Of a stretch of DNA of 64,000 nt, positions 25,137-38,480 are shown piece after piece; position 1 is the stretch's first letter, and every line of letters starts with the position of its first letter. The notes under the pieces are model-generated. The model worked only from the letters and a program-made list of their open reading frames with translations. It did not search any database and had not been told where the DNA came from. This DNA is from Octopus sinensis (taxonomy: Eukaryota). The translations under genes were made by a program, and so were the position numbers. The DNA is taken from contig NW_021833850.1 in assembly GCF_006345805.1 (NCBI RefSeq), positions 1 to 64,000 on the forward strand, in the 5' to 3' direction.

Positions 25137-25375
25137 AAACATATGTCTTCAGGTGCCTTGTCTCGGCTTGCGGGGGTGATTGCCCCCCCCCTTTGCAAAT
25201 ATAAGGACACAGAAAATGTGTCAAAGCCGACAGGAGACGTCGATGTTTCCTAGGGCTAAATGGCGGTGGAATAATTCTCATACGGGACTGTCACGTTGAG
25301 TTGACAGTATACGACCACTATATCGCTTCACCACCGCTTATGTCTCTCTGAGACATTTAGAAATTCAATATTTCC

Positions 25376-25458
<83 letters not shown>

Positions 25459-25500
25459 GATATAATGTATGTATGTATGTTATGTATGTATATAATATAT

Positions 25501-25544
<44 letters not shown>

Positions 25545-25733
25545 TAATCCAAACATGAAAACACCAAAGAGAAAACACAACAACGCGAGGCCGTGGAACA
25601 AATATTGTATTATTGGACGCTCAGGAAGGAGGAAAGAAGTATGCTTATACACACACACACACACACCACACAACAACACAACACACATACACACCACACA
25701 CAACACCCACACACACACACACACACACACACA

Positions 25734-25780
<47 letters not shown>

Positions 25781-25826
25781 ATATGTTGAGATAAACTTAC
25801 TTGGAAATAGATGCAGATGTATAAAC

Positions 25827-25902
<76 letters not shown>

Positions 25903-26453
25903 ATATATATGTGTGTATTATATACATATATACATATATATTATACATACATTTATAATATATATATATATATATATTATATTATATAAGGGCTTAGTAA
26001 AAATAAACTTTGCCACATACTGAACTCATTAGAAATAGCAGCTAAAGAAATTTCTTCAGCTATTTCTAATACTTAAAGAAGATCTCTCTCAGATAGTGTT
26101 TGCCTAAACTAACTCACAAAAGTATGGGGGAAAAAACATTAAAAAATCAAGTGCAATGGTTATTTGAGAACGTACGTTTCTAGATTAGTCAATTCGACAT
26201 TTCTTTCTTCAGCTCAGAATTCCTTGAATCGGATTTGGGAACACTGAAAGTCGGGAGCATACCCTTTCGGCTTCTAATCACCTCTAGAATTCTGCTCGAA
26301 CTAAAAGTGCTATCAAATTCGAATATGCAAGCGAAGAATTTCTGCTCTCCCCTTGCATATATGCACATATATACATATAAATCTCTATATTTGCATCTAT
26401 ACATATACATCTAATCATATACATCTCTCTCTATATGTATATACACTATATAC

Positions 26454-26498
<45 letters not shown>

Positions 26499-27519
26499 AT
26501 ATACATACATATATATGTGCACATCATATATGCACAATGTACATGCATACATATATATGTACACATATATGTATATCATATAAATACATACATGTATACA
26601 TATAATATACATATAAATCTATATATACACATGTATACATATACATCTATACTTATACATCTATACATATGCATGTATGCATATACATCTATACAAATAC
26701 ATCTATATATATATACATATATCTATGTACATACATATGTGCAGGTGTATATATACATATATACATTCATGTATACATATATATTTACGTATTTGTGTGT
26801 GTGTGTGTGTGTATGTGTGTGTGTGTACATGTATATATGTGAGATAATAGTTTCAGTACTAAAACTGAAAATCACATTAAGATAGAGATGTTATTGTTTC
26901 ACTTTTGACACGTAATATTGAAATATTGTAAGAAATATGAGATTTCTCTGGGCTCGCATTAGGCAAGAAGTTTGGTCCATGACACTGCATGGATCCTAAT
27001 TAAGGCACGTATAAAATTTGAATGAAATCGGTTGGGTAGTTCTCGAGTTTTGGTGATGCACACATACATACAGGCAAACACATTCTCAGCTTTATATATA
27101 TGTATATTCCCTACTTGTAATTTGCTTCCTCTCTTCATGTTTTATTTCATTTGCCCCCAGTATTCCCAAACACTTATATCACTTCTTTCTCAACTGGTTT
27201 CATTGTTTTCCTATTTGGCAATATCAATTCCCTGGCTTCCTTCAAATCTTCTTCGTTTCATTATCAATATTGCGTAGTTGGCAACCCCCAATTTTATATT
27301 TACATTTTGAAAAATGCTAACAGTGTGTACAAGGCGTTCAAGCTGCTTTTTATTTTTCGCATAAAGCTTTATATCATCCATAAAAAGGGGATGGTGTATC
27401 TAACCATATCCTTTTCCCAAATCATAAGCTATTTGAATTTCTCGTAATATATGACATAGTGGTATCATGATCAATACAAATAGTAATGGAGATAAGCTAT
27501 CGCCTTGAAATATACTACA

Positions 27520-28290
27520 TCTGATGGGGCCCTACCGGTTCGAGACAAACACTACAGGCATGGATGTGCTGTCAAATGAGCTTGTTTGAGGTGCACAGAG
27601 AGCGACGAAACCGTTCTGCACGCACTCGTACAATGTCCGGGCATTACTGACTTGTGGAGATATGTGGAACACCTGCTGTCCCGTGAGGGACGAATTTGTC
27701 TGCCGGCTGACTTCATAGTGATGATTGCCCCATCATCCTCCTTTAATTGAGCAGGTAAGGCAATTTTCCTTTGCCTGGTGGTTGTGGCGAAAAATGTTGT
27801 CTGATGGACGAGTTTGAAGAGTGAGGACAGAAACTTTCCTCTTCGGTAGAGCCCTCATCGATGTTTTCAAGTTTAACTTAAAAGGGAAAGTGAGGGTGGG
27901 AGAGGGAGAAGCTGTCCCCGAGTGAATTTAAACTAAGGGTGGATGAAAGTTGCGAAAATGACAAGAATGGATGATTCTGCTCTAAGTGTAGGCCTGTGAC
28001 TCAGAAAAATGGAATTCGAAAGGGCATTTACCCTTGATGTTCAAGGAAAACTTGGACGGTGGAGTTTCCTGATTATCCCTAGAAATCTTCCTGTGTCTGG
28101 AGGACCACGTTATCATTATACATTTTTCTTCCTTTTTATTTTATTGTTGTACACGATGTATTCTTCCCTTCTTTGTTTTATTGTATACCATGTATACTTA
28201 ACTTTTTCTTATCATTTCATTATATGTAAACCCCAACACTTTATGTCTGTTCTTGTTTTGTCCCCCTCATCCTTCATCCCTGTGGCAAAT
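27520..28290 (+). pseudogene. Tx1/L1-clade LINE ORF2 3' end (zf-RVT region) plus 3' UTR
   Basis: LPVRDKHYRHG...DETVLHALVQCPGITDLWRYVEHLLSR...IFLCLVVVAK...KVRVERE, frameshifted. Ends in an (ATC)n tail. Confidence 0.8.
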
Positions 28291-28965
28291 TGAAGAAATC
28301 ATCACCATCATCATATTTCTTACTGAGTATGTTCCTGATATTTAGAGCAGAGAAACGTTTAATATACAGTATGTTCACTTACAAAGTTATGTGATAGAGA
28401 AAAAGGGGAAGAAAGACAGAGAGAAAAAAAAGGAAAAAAATAAAAAGGTAAACAAAGAAAATAAAGAGGAAAAAGGGAAAGAAATTTCATAGTGACAATG
28501 CTCTTCTCAAAACGTGTGACATAGCAGTTAAGACAATCTTTTGCATTCCCTGCATTGGTGGTGGTGGTGGTGCGTGTGTGTGTGTGTGTGTGTGTACATG
28601 TATATATGTGAGATAATAGTTTCAGTACTAAAACTGAAAATCACATTAAGATCGATATGTTATTGTTTCACCTTTGACACGTAATATTGAAATAGTGTAA
28701 GAAATATGAGATTTCTCTGGGCTCGCATTAGGCAAGAAGTTTGGTCCATGACACTGCATGGATCCTAATTATGGATCATGCTTAAATAATTTTCTCTTCC
28801 TTACATAATTTTCAGCTCCTACAATCACTGGTATTGTAACCGTCTTGAGATGCTACATCTTTTCGATTTCGATTAGCAGATCTTTACATTTTCTGAGCTT
28901 ATCAAATTCTTTTGCCGAGATATTATGGTCACAGGGTATGCTCAAGTCAATCAGATCTTTCTATT

Positions 28966-29066
<101 letters not shown>

Positions 29067-29076
29067 CAGTATCTAA

Positions 29077-29312
29077 AGGCGGCGAGCTGGCAAAATTGTT
29101 AGCACGCCGGGCGAAATGCTTGGCGGTATTTCGTCTGCCGCTACGTTCTGAGTTCAAATTCCGCCGAGGTCGACTTTGCCTTTCATCCTTTCGGGGTCGA
29201 TTAAATAAGTACCACTTACGCACTGGGGTCGATATAACCGACTTAATCCGTTTGTCTGTCTTTGTTTGTCCTCTCTGTGTTTAGCCCCTTGTGGGTAGTA
29301 AAGAAATCGGTA
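29077..29312 (+). mobile_element. SINE family A, full length
   Basis: AAGGCGGCGAGCTGGC head through the GTAGTAAAGAAAT tail. Confidence 0.9.
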
Positions 29313-29321
29313 TTTTGTTAA

Positions 29322-30030
29322 GGAAACGAAACCGTCCTGCATTAAGTCGTTCAGTGTCCATGTTTTAGAAAGTTGTGAGATTGTGTGGAGCTGTCATTGT
29401 TGCATGTAAGACGAATTCAGTTGACTGCCGAGTGTATAGTGAAGATCGATGCACCATCTTCCCTCGGCAGAGAAGGGAGGCGGATCTTTCTCTGCTTAGT
29501 TGCTATGGCAAAAGAGGCTGGTGTGGTGGACCCGTCTGAAAGCTTTGAAGACAAGCATTTTCCTATTTGCCCAAGACCTCATTAATTTTTTCAAATATTG
29601 TTTGAAGGAGAAGGTGAGGGTAGAGAGGGAGTTGCCTTCTAGTATGTTTATCAAAAAGTGGTCGACAGTGGCAAGACTGGTGAGACTGAATGGTTCTACT
29701 CTGAATATGCTTTTCTAAGCAGGAGGAAAGAAACTAGAAAAGAACACTTTCCAATGCCTTGGGGATAGCAGAGTAACCCGGGATTTTTGCGCAGGGTTAC
29801 TCTGGATTACCTTAAGTGGACTGCCCAGATAGTGGGGATTCTATTTATTTATTTATTATTTATTTCTCTAATTTCTGTTTGATATCCTTTGTTCTATCCT
29901 TTAATGTGGTAGTATCTTCCTTTGATCGATGTAAACCCCACCTGTTTCTGTCTTTATTTTGTTTCCTGTGTTGTAACCCGTACTTCGATATTGTCCTCTA
30001 TATGTTGGGCCCTTGAGGCCAATAAAAGAA
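29322..30030 (+). pseudogene. Tx1/L1-clade LINE ORF2 3' end plus 3' UTR, second subfamily
   Basis: ETVLH..VQCP...RRIFLCLVAMAKE/VWWTRLK...LINFFKYCLKEKVRVERE. AATAAAAGAAA followed by an (ATT)n tail. Confidence 0.8.
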
Positions 30031-30432
30031 ATTATTATTATTATTGTTGTTCTTACTAGTGCTGCTGCTGCTGCTGCTGCTTAACCCCAAATCTGTCTTT
30101 CCCGCCAGCCCTATCACCAAGGATTTCTAGATGCACAAATCTACATATCTAGGATTACACTATCCATTGTGATTCTCCTTCTCCACAACGATTGGTTATA
30201 ATTTGTGAGAGATTTAGTTTGGCATTAAGAATCCCACGATAACTCGCTTAGATATGTGTTGTTAATGACGAAAGGAAATCGACGTTGTTGTTACAGGTGT
30301 ATTTCCTTCATATATGTTGGCAATTGTTTAAAGATCTCAGGGTTATTTAAACTTGAAACACAAAAAGTAAATATACACTCTTACATAGAATGTGACTTAT
30401 ATCGAACGCGTGCGCGCGTAGATAGATAGATG

Positions 30433-30513
<81 letters not shown>

Positions 30514-30661
30514 AAGGACAGACAGCTAGATAGAGAGACAGATAATTTAGACACAAATTGTAAATGTTTAATTGATTTTTAGCCACGGTGTGCAGAAGTG
30601 ACTATATTGTTCATACGTGTGTATAGACATTAGTCAAAACCAATGCGGAGTCGTTAACTGG

Positions 30662-30894
30662 ACAGGTATACATATTCGTGTTAATTTGTTCCCGGAGACC
30701 GCTCGTAAAGCGAAAAATCGTAAAGTAAGGCAATAATTTCCCGTAGTAGCAATGTTATAAATCGTAATTCGTTCCTAGAAAAATATTTTACCTATAAAAT
30801 TTATAATACTCGTAAATAAATGACAATAAAACAACAGAATGTAAAGAATATTTTATGTAACGTAAAAGAATGTCAAGAACATTTATAATAATAC

Positions 30895-30928
<34 letters not shown>

Positions 30929-31474
30929 TTAATAATAATAATAATAATAAATAATGTAGAGGCGCAATGGACTAGTGGTTAGGGCAGCGGACTCGCGGCG
31001 CAGGATCGCGGTTTCGATTCTCAGACCGGGCGTTGTGTGTGTTTATTGAGCGAAACACCTAAAAAGCTCTACGAGGCTCCGGCAGGGGTGGTGTTCCCTG
31101 CTGTACTCTTTCACCACAATGGCGGTGCCCCAGCATGGCCACAGCTCAAGAGCTGAAACTGGAAAAACAAAAACAACAAAACAATAATAATAATAATAAT
31201 TATTATTATTATTATTATTATTATCGTTTTCTGAATCACTTTCACTCGCTCATAGACATACTTGTAAGTTTCTTTTTTAAAAAACAAGTGTTGAGTTGTT
31301 TGCTTAGAATAAGCCTTAGAAGAAGCCCCTATAAATTACTCGGTAGTTCGCAGAAGCATTTGTTATGGTAGTAAAAACGTTTGCACTTCGTTCACAGAAT
31401 GGCTGTTTAACCTTTTTATATCTATCATAAAATAAAACTCGTAAAGCGGATCCTCGTAAAGTGAGGTATTACTG
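30662..31474. mobile_element. Tigger/pogo-like non-autonomous element interrupted by a SINE
   Basis: Right end CTCGTAAAGTGAGGTATTACTG^TA. CTCGTAAAG motifs recur near 30700. The left boundary is approximate. Confidence 0.55.
30961..31165 (+). mobile_element. tRNA-derived SINE, family C (GGCGCAATGG head), internally shortened
   Basis: A-box TGGACTAGTGG and B-box GGTTTCGATTC. Homologous to the minus-strand copy at 44490-44875. Confidence 0.85.
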
Positions 31475-32294
31475 TATTAGTAAACTGAATGGTTGTTTAT
31501 CTACAAGTGATGTTTGAACTTGCAGACCTGTATTCAAAGAAACCCCAGCCGTGACAACGCCATTTTTTATATTTTTTCAAATACAGCGTATCAAACACTA
31601 CAGAATTTTCTACATTTTAACTTCTTGCTTGTTATGTGTATCACATGTAATGCACAGGACATATTTCCTCGGCGTCCAAGCATCATGTGTGATACACATT
31701 TTCTATGCTTTTCAACTACTAGAGTAACTTGGATCTCATGAAAGGAAAGCTTCATATTATTCAGAACGTATGAAACAAGAGCTAAGTAAATGTCTGAAAA
31801 CAAGTATAGACATTGAGGACAAAGTTATGAAAATGCTTTCAACTAGTAAAGAGTTAATCACGCAGAGTCTACAAAATGCGACTCAAACAATTCATCTGTA
31901 GACACAGGGTGTCACATACTGAATGCATGAAAAAAAAAATGCTAAATCATCACTGGAGTAATATTTAACTGGAAAGTTGATCCTCGATGTTCATCTATTC
32001 AATTATCTCTGTTTTGCGACTCAAAATAACTTCTATTGGAAAATTATTGTTCTTTCCTCTTTTGCTTCTTGCTTCAGTCGTTGGACTGCAGTCTTAATGG
32101 GATTAAAAACCGCCTTGGACGGTTTTAATCGAACAAATCGACTCCAGTACTTATTGTTAAAGTCTGGTACTTCGGCCTCTTCTGCCGAACAGCTAGATTA
32201 TGTGAACGTCAACAAAGAAACACAGGTTGTCGTTGTCATGTGGAGGATGGACAGATACAAACACATTGACGCACACTTGTATATTTGTGTGTGC

Positions 32295-32329
<35 letters not shown>

Positions 32330-32332
<3 letters not shown>

Positions 32333-32530
32333 AGAGTTTACGAAAAAAACAAAAGACGAAGACAGGTGGTGTACAAAACAAACAGATGTATTAGTATAAC
32401 GCTCAGGAATAGAAAAAGTCTTTTACGTTTCGAGCCTACGCTCTTCTACAGAAAGGGGCACAGAAAAAACAAGGAGAGAAACAAGGAGAGAAAAAAAGGA
32501 GAGAAAAAAGGGAGAGAAAAAATGTGTGTA
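32330..32530 (-). mobile_element. Penelope pLTR-like fragment with hammerhead-like variant (32420-32455)
   Basis: The minus strand reads CUUU-CUGUAGA-A-GAGC-GUAG-GCUC-GAAAC-GUA^AAAG. Stem I is 4 bp and the core has U in place of A6. It abuts (TA)n. Confidence 0.5.
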
Positions 32531-33355
32531 GTGACTAACGATCTATCATCTCTTATTATAAAAGGCAGATTTTATCTGCCTCCCTTTGGGAGTTATACAA
32601 ATCTACAATATAGGATTTCTTCAATTACAATTTACCTAGCATTTTTAAGAGTACAATGCATCGCGTCATGCCAGGTCCAGTTTTTAAAATTTAAACTCCA
32701 ATTAAGCAAAATTTACAGAAAACTCACATTCTGGTGTGTGTGTCAAATGCTTTTCTTAGTCTGGTTTACACCACACGCAAACGCACACACACAGTGTGCA
32801 ACGAATAAAATGAAAGTAAATAGCGACAGAGTGATTTGAGGAAGACTAAACTGAAAGTATATACGACAGTGTCAATTGTTGACAGACATTGTAAGCTAAC
32901 GTGTGTGCGTGTCTGGTGTGTGTGTGCGTGTGTCTGTGCGTGTGTGTCTGTGTGTGTGTGTGTGTGTGATATTTTAATATATCACTCCGAAAGCATTGAT
33001 GTACATGTGTGCGTGCGTGAGTGTGTGTGTGTCATTCCTCACACACGCATACACATACATATACAACTACATACAACTACATACACATACAACTACATAC
33101 AAACACGTGTGTGTTTGTTATTAGTAAAAAAGGCGCCAAATCACAACTCACTTATCATTCCAACACATTTGCAAAGACACACGGACGGACAGAAAAGGTA
33201 AATTGGTTTTCATTTTACTCTGTATATATTTTATTATATAATATTATATATAGATATATGTATATATAATTGCAGTATGAAACAGTGTTTATGTATAAAC
33301 AGACGACACTTATATATAGTTATTATAATAAGAGATAATAAATGTATGCATCCGT

Positions 33356-33700
33356 TTAACCCTTTCGTTACCAAGCCGCCGAATTTACCTATTCATATTT
33401 AAATGAGAATATAACAGCAATCTCTTTAGTACATTCGTGAAAAACACGTATTATACTTCGTAAACACTTCAACTACAGTTTTGTACAAAAATCGAAGTGT
33501 AATTTTAATTCCGTGAATTATGGGAGATTTTTTTCCGAAATTGTTTTCCTATTGTGTTTTCAAAATTGTAATTCTGACAAAAAATGGATACGAATTTCAT
33601 TATATCAAGCAGTGAGTGAGTCAGAATTCGAAGGATTTTCTACTGAAGACCTTCATAAATCTAACTCTATGACTGAAAAAAAAGCAATCTTTATATAAGA
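33356..33700 (+). mobile_element. piggyBac-like element left end
   Basis: TTAA followed by CCCTTTCGTTACC. The internal acidic SESEFEGFSTED resembles piggyBac transposase N-termini. Confidence 0.6.
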
Positions 33701-33721
33701 GTGAAGTTGTGTGGTGTCGTC

Positions 33722-34089
33722 TCCTACGATTTAGATTCCTAACTACTCCCACATTTTGCGGTGCAGTTTAACCAAAAGCGGGTATCTCTATCTATAGTCG
33801 TGATTCATATCGAGCCCTTCGGGGTATTAGCGTGCGTCTACGATGAGTCTACGATTTAAAAAAAATTTACCATCATATTTTTCCATTTTAATACATTTTT
33901 TTCGCTTTTATATAAGGGAAGTAACTCTCTAAAAATATCTACGATGTGTCAACGATTTAAAAAAAAAATTTACCTTAATTTGTTTTCAATTTTTAATGCA
34001 TTGTTTTGCTATTTTTTGGCTATAACTCTCTAAAATGCTTATATAGTTATTTCCCTTGCAACCCGAGCAACGCCGGGCGATACTGCTAG
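33722..34089 (+). mobile_element. Non-autonomous Helitron
   Basis: Canonical 3' end: hairpin CCCGAGCAACGCCGGG (34062-34077), 8-nt spacer, then CTAG^T. Internal duplicated TACGATTTAAAAAAAATTTACC blocks. A similar 3' end lies on the minus strand at 24243-24270. Confidence 0.8.
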
Positions 34090-34341
34090 TTATATATATA
34101 TATATACTTTATTTAAAAGCAGCAGAACTATAACAAAAGGGTTTCATGCTCCCTTTCGTCGGACAATATATATATGCAAACACACACATAACATGAAGAT
34201 GGAAGATATCACGTTTTAATAGTGGATCCCATAATATGTTTCTGCTCCGTAATCCAGCTTGAAGTTGCTGAGTTTATATTCATATACCATTATGCAAGAT
34301 TATTCTTCATAATTCCCATACCTTTAAATATATTATATATA

Positions 34342-34410
<69 letters not shown>

Positions 34411-34815
34411 CTCTTTACTCTTTTACTTGTTTCAGTCATTTGACTGCGGCCATACCGGAGCACCCGCCTTTAGTCGAGCAAATCGACCCCGGGACTTATT
34501 CTTTGTAAGCCCAGTATTTATTCTATCGGTCCCTTTTGCCGAACCGCTAAGTTACGGGGACGTAGACACACCAGCATCGGTTGTCAAGCAATGCTAGGGG
34601 GACAAACACAGACACACAAACATATACACACACATATATATATACATATATACGACAGGCTTCTTTCAGTTTCCGTCTACCAAATCCACTCACAAGGCAT
34701 TGGTCGGTCCGGGGCTATAGCAGAAGACACTTGCCCAAGATGCCACGCAGTGGGACTGAACCCGGAACCATGTGGTTGGTTAGCAAGCTTCTTACCACAC
34801 AGCCACTCCTGCGCC
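34411..34815 (-). mobile_element. SINE family B, full length
   Basis: Reverse complement colinear with 20845-21263. Confidence 0.9.
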
Positions 34816-35092
34816 TATATTGTTATTCTTTTACTTGTTTTAGTAATTTGACTGCGGCCATGCTGAACCACCACCTTAAAAGGTATTAGTGGAAGAAATC
34901 GACCCCAGGACTTCTTCTTTGTAAGCCTAATACTCATTCTAATCGGTTTCTTTAACCGAACCACTAAATTATGGAGAAATAAACACACTAAGCATCGTTG
35001 TTCAAGCCATGGCGGGGAGACAACCCACACACACACATAAATATATAATACATACATACATACATACAACATACATACATACATACATACAT

Positions 35093-35134
<42 letters not shown>

Positions 35135-35529
35135 TAATAATAATAATAATAATATTTAGGGAATAAATCCAAACTTACAGGGAAAAAATTAGATTTAGGA
35201 TTAATCCAACTTTATAGTATAAATATATTATATTATATTATATAAATTAGAGATAAAACCACTATTAGGCAATTCAAACAGTGAAAAACATAAGCCAATA
35301 CATAAAATTATTAAAAAATATAAAAGTTAAAATAAAAAATTATTTAAATAATTTAAACTTATAAATTTTATATATATGTATGTATATTTTTATATTTATA
35401 TATTATTTTGTTAATTCATTATTAATTAATTAATTTTTTTTTAAATATCAAAAGTATTAAAAGTTTAATAAAAGATAAAGAGTATATATATATATATATA
35501 TAAATATATAAAGAGTATATATATATATA

Positions 35530-35970
35530 TATTGTACAAAGGAATTCCAACTCTGTTTTTTATGTTTTATTTATATTCTCTATAATATTAATGTAAAATA
35601 TAGAATATATAGTATATATAGTATATATAGAAAAATGAAATGAAGTATTGATTGTCTTATTGAATAGATGAAATTTTGAATATCAAATATTAAGGGACTA
35701 GTATAATTTCTTGCATTAAAGCAGCCTTCAAGGTCACTCCTGTCACAACCTGGGACCTTGAAGACTGCTTTAATGCAAGAAAGTATACTAGTCCCTCAAT
35801 ATTTTATATTCAGTATTTCATCTATTCAATATGACAATCAATACTTCATTTCATTTTACTATATATATATATATTATTTATACTATATATTCTATATTCT
35901 ACATTAATATTATAAAGAATATAAATAAAACATAAAAAACAGACAGAGTTGGAATTCCTTTGAATAATAT
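35530..35970. repeat. Long palindrome (~205-bp arms, 18-nt loop)
   Basis: CAAGGTC / GACCTTG flank the loop 35736-35753. Arms extend to AAAGGAATTCCAACTCTG / CAGAGTTGGAATTCCTTT. Confidence 0.9.
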
Positions 35971-36539
35971 ATATCCCTCTATACACAATCATACAAACCC
36001 CTTTATATATATATATATTATATATATCACACACATACGATGGGCTTCTTTCAGTTTTCGCCTACCAAATCCACTCACAAGGCTTTGGTCGGCCCGAGGC
36101 TCTAGAAGACACTTGCTCAAGGTGCTACGCAGTGGGGTTGAACCCAAAACGATGTATTTGATTAGGGAGAGGGGGAAGCCAACGTCTTACCTCACAGTCA
36201 TGCTTGCGCCTGTTATGTATTTTAACCAATTATTGTTGTTGTTATTGTTGATGGTCTGAAGCCAACATGGCGCTGTTCTTTATACTCCATGAACTTTGAT
36301 ATATTTTAGGATTCCTTTGAACAAGTTCCTTAGATTCACTGGCTAATTACAATCATCAAAGGCCAGAGAAAACCCCAATAGTAAGTCCCTAGTTTCTAGT
36401 TGATAAACACACACTGCCTGTCTTCCTCCTCCCCGCCTTAATACCTTAGTACCAACATACACGCATATACACAGACATCCTCACACGCGCCTCAAATAGT
36501 CATACAGATGCAACAAACGCAATTACAAACATACACATG

Positions 36540-36593
<54 letters not shown>

Positions 36594-37473
36594 CATACAT
36601 ATATATATACGTACATACATACATACATACATACATACATACATACATACATACATACATACATACATACAATACATACATATACACACACATATAAACA
36701 TATATACACAACACACATTGACGAGAATCTATAGAGAGTACCAGAAGAGATTATGCAATTACTTATACAGATGTACGCCTCCTTCTCCAAACAAGTACTT
36801 TATATATAATATATATACTTTATATATTTGTGTGTATATACACTCATCTATTCATACATTTACACATACTAATATATCCATACACACCTACACACACACA
36901 CACACATAGACATACACACTTACACCTGTCTACGCAGTTACGAAAACTCATTCACACATGAGCACCATATGTGCAAATGCGCATACACATGATGAAATAC
37001 ACACACATACACACACACACACAGACACGTGCTTATATAAGTACTTACAAACGTATTCAAGCTTAACACCACACACACACACACCCACACGCACATAAAC
37101 ATGCAAGCACGCGCACCTCTGCCCCCCCCCCCACACACCCTGCCCTCTCCAGCAACAGTTATATATGTGTATGCAAACTTGTGGAAATGCACACAAATAT
37201 AGGACTGACACGCACATTTCCATAGGATGTCCGCATTCGTGTATACGCACAACCGTTCACGCATAAACATGCACACACACACGCACACACACATACACAC
37301 ACACATACACAGAGTCTCTCTCTCACACACACACACACATCCGCTCTTATCCTTCCATCCATCCGTCCACACACACAAACATATATGTATAAATATATAT
37401 ATACAGATATGTGTGTGTGTGAGTGAGTATGTATATATATAAATATATATGTATCTATCTACTATATACTATA

Positions 37474-37508
<35 letters not shown>

Positions 37509-37831
37509 CTATATATATGTTATTCTATGTGTATCTATATACTATATGAATATATATATATATGTTATAATATATTTACATATATCTGTATCTATGTATC
37601 TATATACTATATGAATAATATGTATATATATATATACATACACACCCACACACACATTATATGTATCTATATATATATATATATGTATATATATACCATA
37701 TATAAACCATGTATATATATATATATACACGCATAAAATATATGCACTACATATGTGTGTGAGAGTGTGAGTGAGCATACGTACATACATACACAGATAG
37801 ACACACACACCCAAACCCACGCACGCACGGA

Positions 37832-37876
<45 letters not shown>

Positions 37877-38189
37877 ACACTCTAATACGCAGAACACCAT
37901 CCACTTCTAAACACTTTGATGTCGTAAATACACCCAGAGATACTGTAACAACATGAGAATTTCAAAGCACAATATCTCGACACACTTGGGATTCGAACCT
38001 ATCACAAACTTACACTCTCCCTCTTTACCAACAAAAACCCCTCCACGAAACCTATCCTTCCCACTTCAAACTCCCCTTCCTTTTCATCATCCTACGCGTT
38101 TTAGTTGATTGTGTGTTTTCTTTCTTTCTCTCTCTCTCACTCTTCTTCGTTATTTACCCTCTCCCTCCCCTCCTCCTCTTCCTCCCAGT

Positions 38190-38349
38190 CTTCTTCTTCT
38201 TCTTCTTCTTCTTCTTCTTCTTCTTCTTCTTCTTCTTCTTCTTCTTCTTCTTCTTCTTCTTCTTCTTCTTCTTCTTCTTCGGCGTCGTCGTTGACGTCAT
38301 TGTCTCCGACGACGCCACCATCATCAACATTACGACGAGCAACTCCTCT

Positions 38350-38382
<33 letters not shown>

Positions 38383-38480
38383 GTCATCGTCGTCGTCGTC
38401 GTCGTAGTTGTCGATGTCATCGTCTTCACGTCCATTTCCACTATCACCACCGTCACCACCACCATCGTCATCGTCGTCTC
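38190..38480. repeat. Compound trinucleotide array (TTC)n-(ATC)n-(GTC)n
   Basis: Directly visible. Similar arrays are (TTG)n(TTA)n at 28966-29066 and (GAT)n-rich at 54210-54350. Confidence 0.95.

Larger units (their letters stand above)
24942..25374. mobile_element. Rearranged hammerhead-bearing element (retrozyme-like or Penelope pLTR-derived) with inverted segment
   Basis: Two minus-strand HHRs are present. Plus-strand 25134-25176 is an inverted copy of the HHR 3' half plus its downstream flank (24942-24985). 25354-25374 is an inverted copy of 25069-25089. The element abuts a (TA)n array at 25375. Confidence 0.6.

Noticed and set aside
26015-26075. Hairpin ATTAGAAATAGC/GCTATTTCTAAT enclosing CUGAAGA on the minus strand
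   Set aside because: There is no GAAA or cleavage triplet in the required position.
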